From: Gemmatimonadales bacterium
Lineage (GTDB): Bacteria; Gemmatimonadota; Gemmatimonadetes; Gemmatimonadales; GWC2-71-9
Direction: 5' to 3'
Assembly: GCA_035943095.1 (NCBI GenBank)
Contig: DASZCN010000101.1
Coordinates: 19,614 to 83,613 of the forward strand
Length of the DNA stretch: 64,000 nt
Shown here piece after piece: positions 8,138-17,954 of this stretch. The translations under genes and the position numbers were made by a program. The notes below the pieces were generated by a model. The model saw only the letters and a list, made by a program, of their open reading frames with translations, was not told the origin of the DNA and made no database searches. How positions within the stretch are numbered: position 1 is the first letter of the stretch; each line of letters opens with the position of its first letter.

Positions 8138-9919
8138 ATGGGCCGCAGCGCCCGCATCATCGGCCTGCTGCGCCCGTACTCGCTCCTCTTCGCCGTCAAC
8201 ATGTCCACCACGCTCGTCGCCTCCATGCTGGACGGCGCGACGTTCGTGTTGCTGATCCCCTTCCTGCGGACGTTCTTCGGGCAACAGGCGCTGCCGGCCA
8301 CCGGTGGCACCGTGGTGGAAACGGTGCTTGGGAAGGTGGTGGGCCCGTTGCTCGGCGCGGGGAACGCAGGGGGGGCGGTTCGCACCGTGGCGATCCTCCT
8401 CCTCGTCACCCTCGTGGTGAAGAACGCCGCGCTGTACGCCGCGGCGATGAGCAGCGTCGCGATCGAAGAGGGTGTGGTGCGCGACCTGCGGGTGCGCTTG
8501 TTCCGTCATTTGCAGACGCTTCCCCTCGGCTTCTTCCAGCGCACCCGCGGTGGCCAGCTGCTCGCCCGGGTCGTGTTCGACACCGATCAGGTGAAGACCG
8601 CCGTGACGGCCGCGCTCGCCGCGTTCCTCCGCAACGTCAGCCTCATCGTGGTCTACCTCGTGATCCTGCTTGGCTTGTCGTGGCGTCTCACCCTGATTGC
8701 GCTGGTGCTCGCGCCCCTACTCGTCCTGATCATCAGGCCGGTGGTGGCGCGCGTGCGGCGCCGCTCGCGCGCCCAGGCCGACGATCGCGGCGAGCTCACG
8801 AGCCTCGTGAGCGAAATGGTGGCGTCGGTGAAGCTCGTTCGGGCATACGTCGCGGAAGAGTTCGAGGTCGCGCGGTTTCGGCGCCTGGCCGACGGCTACC
8901 GCACGCGGGTGTTCGGCACTCAGGCCGCGTCGACGCTGACCAGCCCGATCAGCGAGATCTTCGCGGGTTTCGTGCTGGTGTTGCTGCTCCTGTTCGGGAT
9001 GAGCCAGCTCCGGCCCGAGGTGTTCATCGCGTTCATTATTCTGGCGCTCCGGCTGATGTCGCCGATGAAGGCGGTTGCGCAGTATCCGACCATCATGGCG
9101 GGTGCTGCGGCGGCGGCGGACCGCGTGTTCGAGGTGCTGGACCTGCCGTCCAATGAGGGTGACGCGCCCGACGCGGTCCCGGCGACGTTCCGTGATCGGA
9201 TCGAATATCGCGGCGTTTCGTTCGCGTACGACGGGGGGCCTCCCGTGCTCCGGCAGGTGAGCTTCGACGCGTGTCGCGGCCAGGTGATCGCACTGGTCGG
9301 TCCATCGGGTGCGGGCAAGACCACGCTCCTCGATTTGTTGCCCCGCTTCTACGAGCCGACGGCCGGGGCGATCCTGATAGACGGCGTTCCGATCTCCCGA
9401 TTTCAGCGCGCGAGCCTGCGCGGGCTGATGGGAATCGTCTCGCAGGAGACGATCCTGTTGAACGACACCGTGCTCGCCAACATCTCGTACGGTCGTGGCG
9501 ACTTCACCCTGACGCAGGTGGAGGCCGCGGCGCGGGTGGCCAACGCGCACGATTTCATCTCGCAGCTGCCGCTGGGCTACGAGACGCTGCTCGGCGAGCG
9601 AGGCACCCGCCTCTCCGGGGGTGAGCGTCAGCGAATCGCGATCGCGCGGGCGTTGTTGCGCGATCCGCCGATCCTGATCCTCGACGAGGCCACGAGCGCG
9701 CTCGATATGGAGTCCGAGCGCCTGGTGCAGGAGGCGATGGATCGGCTGATGGCGCACCGCACCACGTTCGTCATCGCGCACCGACTCGCCACGGTCCAGC
9801 ACGCGAACCTGATCGTGGTCGTGGCGGCGGGGCAGATCGTTGAGCGCGGCACGCACGACACGCTCTACGCCGCGGGCGGGCTCTACCGGCGTCTGTACGA
9901 CATGCAATTCCGCACCTGA
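8138..9919 (+). CDS. ABC exporter, fused permease/ATPase (MsbA/lipid-flippase-like)
   Basis: Six-TM N-terminal half. Walker A GPSGAGKTT, signature LSGGERQRIAIARA, Walker B ILILDEATSALD. Confidence 0.9.
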   Translation: MGRSARIIGLLRPYSLLFAVNMSTTLVASMLDGATFVLLIPFLRTFFGQQALPATGGTVVETVLGKVVGPLLGAGNAGGAVRTVAILLLVTLVVKNAALYAAAMSSVAIEEGVVRDLRVRLFRHLQTLPLGFFQRTRGGQLLARVVFDTDQVKTAVTAALAAFLRNVSLIVVYLVILLGLSWRLTLIALVLAPLLVLIIRPVVARVRRRSRAQADDRGELTSLVSEMVASVKLVRAYVAEEFEVARFRRLADGYRTRVFGTQAASTLTSPISEIFAGFVLVLLLLFGMSQLRPEVFIAFIILALRLMSPMKAVAQYPTIMAGAAAAADRVFEVLDLPSNEGDAPDAVPATFRDRIEYRGVSFAYDGGPPVLRQVSFDACRGQVIALVGPSGAGKTTLLDLLPRFYEPTAGAILIDGVPISRFQRASLRGLMGIVSQETILLNDTVLANISYGRGDFTLTQVEAAARVANAHDFISQLPLGYETLLGERGTRLSGGERQRIAIARALLRDPPILILDEATSALDMESERLVQEAMDRLMAHRTTFVIAHRLATVQHANLIVVVAAGQIVERGTHDTLYAAGGLYRRLYDMQFRT

Positions 9920-9920
9920 C

Positions 9921-10790
9921 ATGATCTCGGGCTTCACCATCGTACGGAACGCGGTCCGGCTCGACTACCCGATCGTTCCGGCGATCCGGTCCATCCTCGA
10001 CGTATGTGACGAGGTGGTCGTCAACGTCGGGCGGTCGGACGATGGCACGCGCGACGTCGTGGCGGGTGTCGGGGACACGCGCGTGCGGATCCTGGACACG
10101 GTCTGGGATTTCTCCCGAGGGAGCGGAGTCCTGGCCGTCGAGACCAACCGCGCGATGCTCGCGTGCCGCGGCACGTGGGGCGTCTATATCCAGGCGGACG
10201 AGGTGTTGCACGAGTCGGGGGCGACGGCTCTACGCGAGCGACTCGAGGAATGGGATCACGATCCGCGTGTCGAAGGGCTGCTCGTGGATTACCTGCATTT
10301 CTACGGCGATTTCGACACGATCGCGACGGATCGGCACTGGTACCGTCGGGAAGTGCGCGCGGTGCGACTCGGTCGGGATATCCGGTCGTACCAGGACGCC
10401 CAGGGCTTTCGCGTGGGTCCGGCGGTGCGGCGCGTGCGGGCGCGCTCGACCGGCGCGCGCATGTTTCACTATGGCTGGGCGCGCCCACCGCAGTCCATGC
10501 GCCAGAAACTCGTGTCGTCGCAGGAAGTCTTCCGGGAGGCCGCGGATCGCATCGCAGCCCGCGCGACGCACCTGCAGGCCTTGTATTGGACGCCCTTGCT
10601 GCGGCCATTTTCAGGGAGTCACCCCAACGTCGCGCAAGCATGGATCGGCGCGAGGCACGCGGTCGACGAGGGCCCACCCGTGGGGCCGCGGCGTCTGCGG
10701 CTCCCGCATCTCCGACTGTACGTCTCCGACTGGATCGAGCGGCTCACCGGCGTTCGCTTGTTCGAGTACCGCAACTACATCGAGGTATGA
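9921..10790 (+). CDS. Glycosyltransferase family 2-like protein
   Basis: MISGFTIVRNAVRLDYPIVPAIRSILDVCDEVVVNVGRSDDGT... is a GT-A-type N-terminus. Start taken as ATG 9921 inside track ORF 9840..10790. Confidence 0.65.
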   Translation: MISGFTIVRNAVRLDYPIVPAIRSILDVCDEVVVNVGRSDDGTRDVVAGVGDTRVRILDTVWDFSRGSGVLAVETNRAMLACRGTWGVYIQADEVLHESGATALRERLEEWDHDPRVEGLLVDYLHFYGDFDTIATDRHWYRREVRAVRLGRDIRSYQDAQGFRVGPAVRRVRARSTGARMFHYGWARPPQSMRQKLVSSQEVFREAADRIAARATHLQALYWTPLLRPFSGSHPNVAQAWIGARHAVDEGPPVGPRRLRLPHLRLYVSDWIERLTGVRLFEYRNYIEV

Positions 10791-11025
10791 CCGCCCGTAC
10801 GTTCGCGGGCCTCCGCGTGGTCCTCGTCGCGGCGTTCAACCGCTGCTACCACCGGAGCGCGCGGTCGCTCGCCTCTGCATTGGAGTCATTTGGGTGCGAG
10901 GTGCAACGCTGCGAGGAGCGATGGCGCGGGTTAAACACAATTCTGCGGCGCCCACTTGCCGGCTGGCTGGCGACGCGACTGCACCGCTCGAGAGCACACC
11001 CGGCGGCACTGCTTGGAGGAGCTGC

Positions 11026-12522
11026 TCACGGTTGTGCTGCCATGATCGGCGTGATGGTCAGCACGAGGGCGGTCGTGGTGTGGTTGTGTCGGGGATTGAT
11101 GAGGCGCGCCAGCTTGTCCCCCAGGCTCGGCTCGACTGCGGCCACTGGTGTCAGCCGCGCGCGCAGGGCTCGTTCCAGCAATCGCGTGTCCATCGCAGCG
11201 GCGTCGCTGTAGAGAACCAGGTAGTTGGGTCGCGGGCTCGCCGAGCGCGCCGGCGCCGCCTCCCGCGCGACGGCGTCACGGTCTTTGAGCACGAACACCG
11301 GGGGCCGGGGCCGGCCCAGATAATAGTCTGGGACCCAGAACGTGTAGGCGAACTCGGCCACCACCACTCCCGTGGCGTTATGGCGGCGTTGCACACGCAC
11401 CAGCGGCTCGACGCGATCCTTCTTTCCGTAGGAGAACAGCCCGACAACGAGCAGCGGCGTGTTCAAGGCGGCGAAATACACCCACGAGCAACGGTATGCC
11501 CTTGTCCACCCCCGACGCGCGAACCAGTCCCGCACGTATGGCATCCCCATGGCGCCGAGGATCAGAAGGGCCGGGAGCACTGGCAGGAGAAAACGCTCCT
11601 GCTTGTTCGGGACCAGGCTCGTGCCGACGAAGAACGCCAGGGTCGGAATGCCGAGGAGCGGGAACACCCGGACCCCGCGGATCGCGGCCGCCAGGAAGAG
11701 GAGGGAGAACGGCGGGAGCAAGATGAAAACGAGGGTCCCAAGGTACTTCCAGGGCGGGCCCTGGGGGTAATCCCCCCCGATCCCGGCTCGGTGGCGCGCG
11801 GTCTCAAGGAAGTAGTACCACGGATCGCCGTTGATCACCGCGCTGCTCCATGTCTGCAGCCCGAAGACGGCGAGCAAGCCCAGGACGAAGAACGCCTTGT
11901 GGAATCGCGGCGCGGGCCGCCACAGGGTCATGACGGCGAACGCCAGCACGAACGGGAGAGCGGGGAATCGCAGTAACAGCGTAGTCATGATGGCCGCCCC
12001 CGAGAGAAACGACCACAACTCCGCACGGCGGTCCGCGTCGTCCGCCTTGAGCAGCCACCAACAACCCGCCAGCAGCGGGACCTGGCACGCCGCTTCTTCG
12101 AACTGATGCACAGACGTGACGGGCAGCAGGTAGAAAGCCGCCACGAGAAGCCCGCCCAGGAGCGCGACGTCCTTACCCCCGACGCGCTCGAGGATTCGCC
12201 AGGCGAAGTACACGCCGAGCACCGCGCCGGCGGCGTGGATCAGCCGCACCACGAGCATCTCGACGGTGGGCGAGGTGTTTCCAAGGGCTCGCAGCGCGTC
12301 CATGACGAGCGCGACGCTACCGGGATACAGGATCGAACGCTTGTAGTCGTGGGGGAGCGGGATGCCGCTAGCGAGACGGTCCGCCGTGTCGACGAGGACC
12401 AGGTGGTCGTCTATCGTGAGGAAGCCTTGGCTGAAGATGGCCGCGACGAGCCGGAGCGCGGCGGCGAGGATCAAGACGGCGAGGAGCGGGTGCTCCTCCA
12501 CCGTGCGCCGGACCGCCGTCAA
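11026..12522 (-). CDS. Polytopic membrane GT-C-fold glycosyltransferase (ArnT/PMT/mannosyltransferase-like)
   Basis: There are many hydrophobic segments (LLAVLILAAALRLVAAIF..., LLVAAFYLLPV..., FFVLGLLAVFGL...) and a soluble C-terminal tail. The start is uncertain. I use TTG 12522, which overlaps the upstream GT4 stop (TTGA). Confidence 0.6.
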   Translation of the reverse strand: MTAVRRTVEEHPLLAVLILAAALRLVAAIFSQGFLTIDDHLVLVDTADRLASGIPLPHDYKRSILYPGSVALVMDALRALGNTSPTVEMLVVRLIHAAGAVLGVYFAWRILERVGGKDVALLGGLLVAAFYLLPVTSVHQFEEAACQVPLLAGCWWLLKADDADRRAELWSFLSGAAIMTTLLLRFPALPFVLAFAVMTLWRPAPRFHKAFFVLGLLAVFGLQTWSSAVINGDPWYYFLETARHRAGIGGDYPQGPPWKYLGTLVFILLPPFSLLFLAAAIRGVRVFPLLGIPTLAFFVGTSLVPNKQERFLLPVLPALLILGAMGMPYVRDWFARRGWTRAYRCSWVYFAALNTPLLVVGLFSYGKKDRVEPLVRVQRRHNATGVVVAEFAYTFWVPDYYLGRPRPPVFVLKDRDAVAREAAPARSASPRPNYLVLYSDAAAMDTRLLERALRARLTPVAAVEPSLGDKLARLINPRHNHTTTALVLTITPIMAAQP

Positions 12523-13448
12523 GCGGAGCCCGGCGGCAGCGTGCCCGTCTCGAGCAAACAGCGGTACATGCGCAGGTACTCGTCCGCCATCACCAGGTGC
12601 GTGAAGAACCGCTCGGCGCGCGCCCGGCACGCACCGGGGTCGCGGGTGTGGATGGTCGCAGCCGCCGCAATCATCTCGTCCATGGTGTCGCATAACGCGC
12701 CCACCTCGGGCGTGATGAGCTCCGGCAGCGCGCCCCGTCGCGTGCCGAGCACCGGCGTGCCCGACAGCAACGCCTCGATGGTCACGAGGCCGAACGGCTC
12801 ATCCCATTCCGCGGGATTCCAGAGACAACGGGCGCGCGCGAGCAATGCGGCCTTTGTGGTGCCATCCACCTCACCGACGTACTTGATCGACCCCGTGAAG
12901 CTGGGCCGCCACCCGCCCGCGACGATCAAGCGATGGCCCGTGTGCTTCGCGGCCTCGACCGCCCAGTGGTAGCCCTTCGCGCTATGCAGTTTCCCCAGGA
13001 ACAGGTCGTACTGCGTGCTTCGCTTGGGGTAGCGGCGGAACATGTATTCCGCGGGGTTCAAGCCGTTGTAGACGAACGTTTCGCTCCCATGGCGGCGCGC
13101 ATGATCGCGCGAGAGGAAGATCGCATTCGGATAGGGTGGCGAGCCGGGCTTCAGGTTGCGGTGAATCGTCTGGATGAAGGGGGCCGCCGTCGGGCCGCGC
13201 TTCAGAGGGAAATGGGCGTGGACGATATCGGCGTCGCCTGGCACATAGGGGGCGAGCCCTCCGTCGTCGAACCTGCGCGGAGGAACCTCGACCACTTTCC
13301 CCGCCGGAACGCGCGTGCCGGGTGGCGCGAGGAGCGTGACGCGATGCCCCAGCGCCGCGAGCCCCTGGACGAGCGCCACGACGACGCGCTCCGGGCCGCC
13401 GTAACCCTTCGCCGGCAATGGCTGATGGGAGGCGACGACGACGTGCAT
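12519..13448 (-). CDS. Glycosyltransferase family 4
   Basis: MHVVVASHQPLPAKGYGGPERVVVALVQGLAALGHRVTLL... and C-terminal EPFGLVTIEALLSGTPVLGTRRGALPE (GT-B E-x7-E region). Confidence 0.85.
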   Translation of the reverse strand: MHVVVASHQPLPAKGYGGPERVVVALVQGLAALGHRVTLLAPPGTRVPAGKVVEVPPRRFDDGGLAPYVPGDADIVHAHFPLKRGPTAAPFIQTIHRNLKPGSPPYPNAIFLSRDHARRHGSETFVYNGLNPAEYMFRRYPKRSTQYDLFLGKLHSAKGYHWAVEAAKHTGHRLIVAGGWRPSFTGSIKYVGEVDGTTKAALLARARCLWNPAEWDEPFGLVTIEALLSGTPVLGTRRGALPELITPEVGALCDTMDEMIAAAATIHTRDPGACRARAERFFTHLVMADEYLRMYRCLLETGTLPPGSA

Positions 13449-13464
13449 GCGCCCAACAAGATAA

Positions 13465-14349
13465 CTACCGCGCGGGGACGGCGAATACGTCGTAGACGTT
13501 CCACCGCATCAGGTTCTCCGGTGTGATGAGCTCGCCCGGGAACTCGCCCTGGCTCTCGATGCGATGTACGGTATACCCGTGGCCCACCAGAAAATCGTAC
13601 AGGTTCCGCCGGTAGCCCGGTGTGGACTTTCGGAGACTGAACATTTCGACCTGAAGGAAGGGCCGCTGTGCTCGGACCAGCTCCTCGAGAGTCTCGAGAA
13701 TAGCCAGGTCGAATCCTTCTGCATCTACCTTGATGAAACGAAGCCGCGAGATGAGGTCGGGGTGGCTCCGGCGGAGGAAGCCCGGCAGGTTCTTGCCCTC
13801 CACCTGCACCTTGAAGGCACTGCCGTGCGTCCACCGACTCATCCCCTCGTGAAACCCTCCGTTGCAATACCCCTCCTCTCCGTACTGGAACTCGTACCGC
13901 CCGTCCTCGCGCATCGCGGCGAACATCAGAGGTAATATCCGCATCTTCGCGAGGTTGAGGCCGGCGTTGCGCTCGAGCACGGGGAACACGTATGGGTTCG
14001 GCTCGAGCGCCAACACGAGCCCGGATGGTCCCACCGCCAGCGCGATTGGGATGGTGGTGTCGCCGGTGTGGGCGCCGATGTCGATGGCCACGTCTCCCTC
14101 GCGCAGGAACCGGCGGAGTTGATCGGCGACTCCCTGGATCTGCGGCGCAGACACTCGGTAGGCGCCGGGGTGCAGCCACCGCGCGATCTCGACGCGCCCA
14201 TCGGTCGGGAGGTCGTGCGACTCGATGACCAAGCCGAAGGTCTGCGGTTTCGGTTTGAGGCCGAGCAGGTAGATGAATTCCTTGGCTTTCAGGAGGCCGC
14301 GCCCTCGTGTGTGATCGAACACATAACATGCGGAACCAGCCCGCTCCAT
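13465..14349 (-). CDS. FkbM family methyltransferase
   Basis: DVAIDIGAHTGDTTIPIALAVGPSGLVLALEPNPYVFPVLERN... and IKVDAEGFDLAIL are the FkbM-family signature. Confidence 0.82.
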   Translation of the reverse strand: MERAGSACYVFDHTRGRGLLKAKEFIYLLGLKPKPQTFGLVIESHDLPTDGRVEIARWLHPGAYRVSAPQIQGVADQLRRFLREGDVAIDIGAHTGDTTIPIALAVGPSGLVLALEPNPYVFPVLERNAGLNLAKMRILPLMFAAMREDGRYEFQYGEEGYCNGGFHEGMSRWTHGSAFKVQVEGKNLPGFLRRSHPDLISRLRFIKVDAEGFDLAILETLEELVRAQRPFLQVEMFSLRKSTPGYRRNLYDFLVGHGYTVHRIESQGEFPGELITPENLMRWNVYDVFAVPAR

Positions 14350-14383
14350 GGAAAGGCGAACATCGAGCCACTAGCTTCGGACC

Positions 14384-15499
14384 ATGCGAGACCGGGCGCT
14401 CACGATCCTCCAACTCACGCATCAGGGGGGCGCGTCCGGCTCTACCATGATGATCGCGAACCTGAGCCGGCAGCTGGCGCTGCGCGGCCATCGCGTCCTC
14501 GTGGGGTGTCCGGCCGGCACGAGGCTCGCGGGGCTCGCCCGCGATGCGGGATTGGACGTCGTGCCGCTCGATTTTCGTCGGCTGGCGCCGCTCTCCCATG
14601 CCCTGGGGGCGGTACTCGAACGTGAGCGGGTGGACGTAGTCAACTCGAACGCCACGCGCGACCGCCGTGCGCTGACGTGGCTGCGCTGGCGGCGACGCCT
14701 CCGGCGCCCGTTCGTCGTGACACGTCACACCATGCCCCTCACGTCGCCCGCGGAGCTTCTGGCAGTAGGACTCTCGGCCGACCGCACGATCGCCGTGAGC
14801 CGGGCCGTGGCACGCGCCCTCCGACGGCGGCTGCACCCCGGCGCGCGGTTGCGCGTCGTGCCGAATGGCATCGACCTGACGCGCGTGCGCGCCGCGCCGT
14901 CCGAGAAGGATCTTGCCGACGCCCGCGCCGCCCTGGGGGACGTCGGGGGGGGGGACCGCGGGGGCCGGCCTGTGGTACTCGTCCTGGCGCGTCGCAAAGA
15001 TCAGCACATCCTGCTCAAGAGCCTTGGGGCGCTGGAACACCCGGTCGTCGTCGCGTGCGTGGGGATCGACGGCGACGCGGAGCTGCGCGCCCTCGAGCGC
15101 GGCGTCCCCACGCGCCATCGCGTCGTCTACGTGCCGTTCACCGACCGGCCGCTCGCCTTCTGCCGCCTGGCCGCGATCTCTGCCCTGCCATCCCGCATCG
15201 AAGGCCTGTCCATCGCGCTGCTCGAGACCATGGCCCTCGGATTGCCGGCGGTGGCGTCGCGGGCGGGGGGCAACCCGGATGTCATCACGTCCGAGGAGAC
15301 CGGCGTGCTCGTTCCCCCGCTCGACCCGCTGGCCTGGGCCGGCGCGCTCGACCGCGTGTTGGGGGATCGTGCGTTCGCACAGCGGATCGCGCGCGCGGGC
15401 CGCGATCTCGTGGAGCGTGAATTCACGCTCGAGTCCGCCGCCGAACGGACCGAGGCCGTGTACCGTGAGGCAGTGGAACGGCGGCGCGCGCTCGATTGA
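14384..15499 (+). CDS. Glycosyltransferase family 4
   Basis: ILQLTHQGGASGSTMMIANLSRQLALRGHRV... and EGLSIALLETMALGLPAVASRAGGNPDVI. Confidence 0.85.
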   Translation: MRDRALTILQLTHQGGASGSTMMIANLSRQLALRGHRVLVGCPAGTRLAGLARDAGLDVVPLDFRRLAPLSHALGAVLERERVDVVNSNATRDRRALTWLRWRRRLRRPFVVTRHTMPLTSPAELLAVGLSADRTIAVSRAVARALRRRLHPGARLRVVPNGIDLTRVRAAPSEKDLADARAALGDVGGGDRGGRPVVLVLARRKDQHILLKSLGALEHPVVVACVGIDGDAELRALERGVPTRHRVVYVPFTDRPLAFCRLAAISALPSRIEGLSIALLETMALGLPAVASRAGGNPDVITSEETGVLVPPLDPLAWAGALDRVLGDRAFAQRIARAGRDLVEREFTLESAAERTEAVYREAVERRRALD

Positions 15500-16671
15500 A
15501 TCCCACGCTCGTCCTCGCCCTCAACTTCCCGCCGTTCGGGGGCGGTATCGCGCGCATGATCGGCGAGATCACTGCCCGCTACCCGGCGGACGGCGTGGTG
15601 GTATCGACGGGCACGTGGCCGGGAAGCGAGGCCAGCGACGCCCGCTTTCGCCAGACCGTCGACCGTGTGCCGGTAGGCGCCAAGCGGCTGCGTACGGTGA
15701 ACGGCCTGGTCCGCTGGACCCGGCGCGCCGGCGCGCTCGTGCGTCGCACCGCGCCCGCCTTCGCGTGGTGCGACGAGGTCAAACCCGCCGGGTACGCGGC
15801 GGCGTGGCTGAACGCGCGCCAGGGTCTGCCGTTCGGGGTGCTCGCGCATGGAGCGGATTTCCTGCTGCTGCAGGCGAAGATCGGTCGCTCCGCGTTCAAG
15901 CGCTGGACCGCGTCCCGGATACTGCGGCGCTGCGCCGTGGTCGTCACCAACAGCCACTGGAGCGCCGCTCTCGTCCGCTCGGTTCTCGAGTCGCTCCACC
16001 TTCCCGGCCTCGCCGCCGACGTGCGCGTCGTGCACCTCGGCACGACGCCGGCCCGGTTCAACCCGGACGTGGACGCCGGCCCCGTGCGCCAGAAGTACGG
16101 ACTCGACGGCGGTCCGTGGCTCCTGACGGTCGCGCGCCTCGACCATCACAAGGGGATCGACACGGTGATCCGCGCCCTACCGGCGGTCCGTGCGGCGTTC
16201 CCGGCGGCGCGCTACGTGGTGGCGGGCATCGGGAGCCGCAAGGAGACCCTGGAACAGCTCGTCGCCGAGCTGCGGTTGGGGGATGCCGTGCGGCTGCTGG
16301 GCTTCGTTCCCGACGAGGACTTGCCGGCGCTCTATAACGCGGCCGACCTGTTCGTGCTCGCGTCGCGCCGCTACGACTTGCTCGTAGAAGGCTTTGGCAT
16401 CGCGGTGGTCGAGGCGTCGGCCTCCGGCCTTCCAGTCATCGGGAGCCGGTCCGGAGGCATTCCGGAAGCCGTTCGGGAAGGAGTCACCGGCCTGATCATC
16501 GAGCCCGACGATCCCGGCGCGGTGGCGGCGGCGGCGATCCGGTTGCTCGGCGACGCGTCGCTCCGGCAGGGGATGGGCCGCGCCGGCCGCGTGGCCGTGG
16601 AAGAGTACTACAACTGGGATCGGGTGGCGGCCGACCTGATCCGGATCGACTGGGAGTTCCGCCGGTCCTGA
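15496..16671 (+). CDS. Glycosyltransferase family 4 (PimB-like), tandem paralogue 1
   Basis: LALNFPPFGGGIARMIGE... and EGFGIAVVEASASGLPVIGSRSGGIPEAV. The TTG start overlaps the previous stop (TTGA at 15496-15499). Confidence 0.85.
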   Translation: MNPTLVLALNFPPFGGGIARMIGEITARYPADGVVVSTGTWPGSEASDARFRQTVDRVPVGAKRLRTVNGLVRWTRRAGALVRRTAPAFAWCDEVKPAGYAAAWLNARQGLPFGVLAHGADFLLLQAKIGRSAFKRWTASRILRRCAVVVTNSHWSAALVRSVLESLHLPGLAADVRVVHLGTTPARFNPDVDAGPVRQKYGLDGGPWLLTVARLDHHKGIDTVIRALPAVRAAFPAARYVVAGIGSRKETLEQLVAELRLGDAVRLLGFVPDEDLPALYNAADLFVLASRRYDLLVEGFGIAVVEASASGLPVIGSRSGGIPEAVREGVTGLIIEPDDPGAVAAAAIRLLGDASLRQGMGRAGRVAVEEYYNWDRVAADLIRIDWEFRRS

Positions 16672-16725
16672 TCCTCGGTTAGCATTCGCAAAGCGCATGC
16701 ATCCGCTCGCTCCGGCTCTCCCGCG

Positions 16726-17910
16726 ATGACCACGCTGCTTCTGGCGCAGGATTTTCCTCCAATGGGCGGGGGCATCGCCCGCCTGCACGGCGAGCTCGCG
16801 AAGCGCTACCCTCGCGGCGAGCTGGTCGTGTCCACGCCGGCCGATCCCGACGCCGCCGAGGTCGACGCCGGGCTCGGTGTCATCGTGGATCGACTCCCGA
16901 TCGGCGCCCGCCGGACCAAGACACTCACCGGCTTGCTGCTTTGGTCCCGGCGTGCCGCGAGCCTCGCGCGCCAGCACCGCGCCCGGTTCGTGCATTGCGG
17001 GAATGTGAAGCCCGCGGGATATCCGGCGCGCTGGGTGTTCGAGCGCCTGCGGGTGCCCTATAGCTTGTTCCTTTACGGTGCCGACCTGTTGAGCGAGCAA
17101 CACAAGATCCGCCAGTCTCCCCTGAAGCGCCGCATCGCCCGCGCCATTTTCGGCGGAGCCAAGGTGCTCCTCCCGATCAGCAACTGGACGCGTGACCTCG
17201 CCATGACGTTGCTCGGCGAGCTGGGAATCGACTCGGGCGGCACACGGATGCGCGTCATGCCGCTCGGCACCGATCCCGTGCACTTCCGTCCCGGTGTCGA
17301 TCCTGGTGCGCTACGGACGAGGTTCGGGCTTCCCGACGGTGATACGCGATGGCTGGTGACGGTGGCTCGGCTCCAGCGGCACAAAGGCATCGACACGGTC
17401 ATCCAGGCGCTTCCGGCGATTCTCGCCGGCGCACCGGACGTGCGGTACGCGGTGGCCGGCAGTGGGCCCGACCGCGAGCGATTGGAGCGGTTGGCGGAGC
17501 AGGTCGGCGTCAGGCATTGCGTGAGGTTTCTCGGCGCGGTGGACGACCAGGATCTTCCGGCGCTCTACAACCTGGGCTCGGTGTACGTCGGCGCTTCGCG
17601 TCGCTCGGAGCGACTGGGGGTGGAGGGGTTTGGGATCGCGCTGGTCGAAGCGTCGGCATGCGGCCTGCCGGTCGTCGCCGCCAACTCGGGCGGGATTCCC
17701 GACGCGGTGCGCGAAGGGGAGACTGGCTTCCTCGTCCCCCCCGAGGAGCCCGCGGCCTTCGCCGCAGCGATCTGCCGCCTGCTCGCGGACCCGGCGACCG
17801 GCAAGCGGATCGGACAGAACGGTCGCCGCGCGGTGGAGAGCTACTTCAATTGGGATCGCGTGGTGCGAGATCTCCGCGACGTCGAGTCGCAGGCCCTCGC
17901 CACTCCTTGA
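16726..17910 (+). CDS. Glycosyltransferase family 4 (PimB-like), tandem paralogue 2
   Basis: LLAQDFPPMGGGIARLHGE... and EGFGIALVEASACGLPVVAANSGGIPDAV. It is colinear with the preceding gene along its full length. I estimate nearly half the residues are identical by eye. Confidence 0.85.
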   Translation: MTTLLLAQDFPPMGGGIARLHGELAKRYPRGELVVSTPADPDAAEVDAGLGVIVDRLPIGARRTKTLTGLLLWSRRAASLARQHRARFVHCGNVKPAGYPARWVFERLRVPYSLFLYGADLLSEQHKIRQSPLKRRIARAIFGGAKVLLPISNWTRDLAMTLLGELGIDSGGTRMRVMPLGTDPVHFRPGVDPGALRTRFGLPDGDTRWLVTVARLQRHKGIDTVIQALPAILAGAPDVRYAVAGSGPDRERLERLAEQVGVRHCVRFLGAVDDQDLPALYNLGSVYVGASRRSERLGVEGFGIALVEASACGLPVVAANSGGIPDAVREGETGFLVPPEEPAAFAAAICRLLADPATGKRIGQNGRRAVESYFNWDRVVRDLRDVESQALATP

Positions 17911-17954
17911 GCCGCTTCATCAGCCGTCGCTCTTGACCGGGCGGCCGGCTCGAC

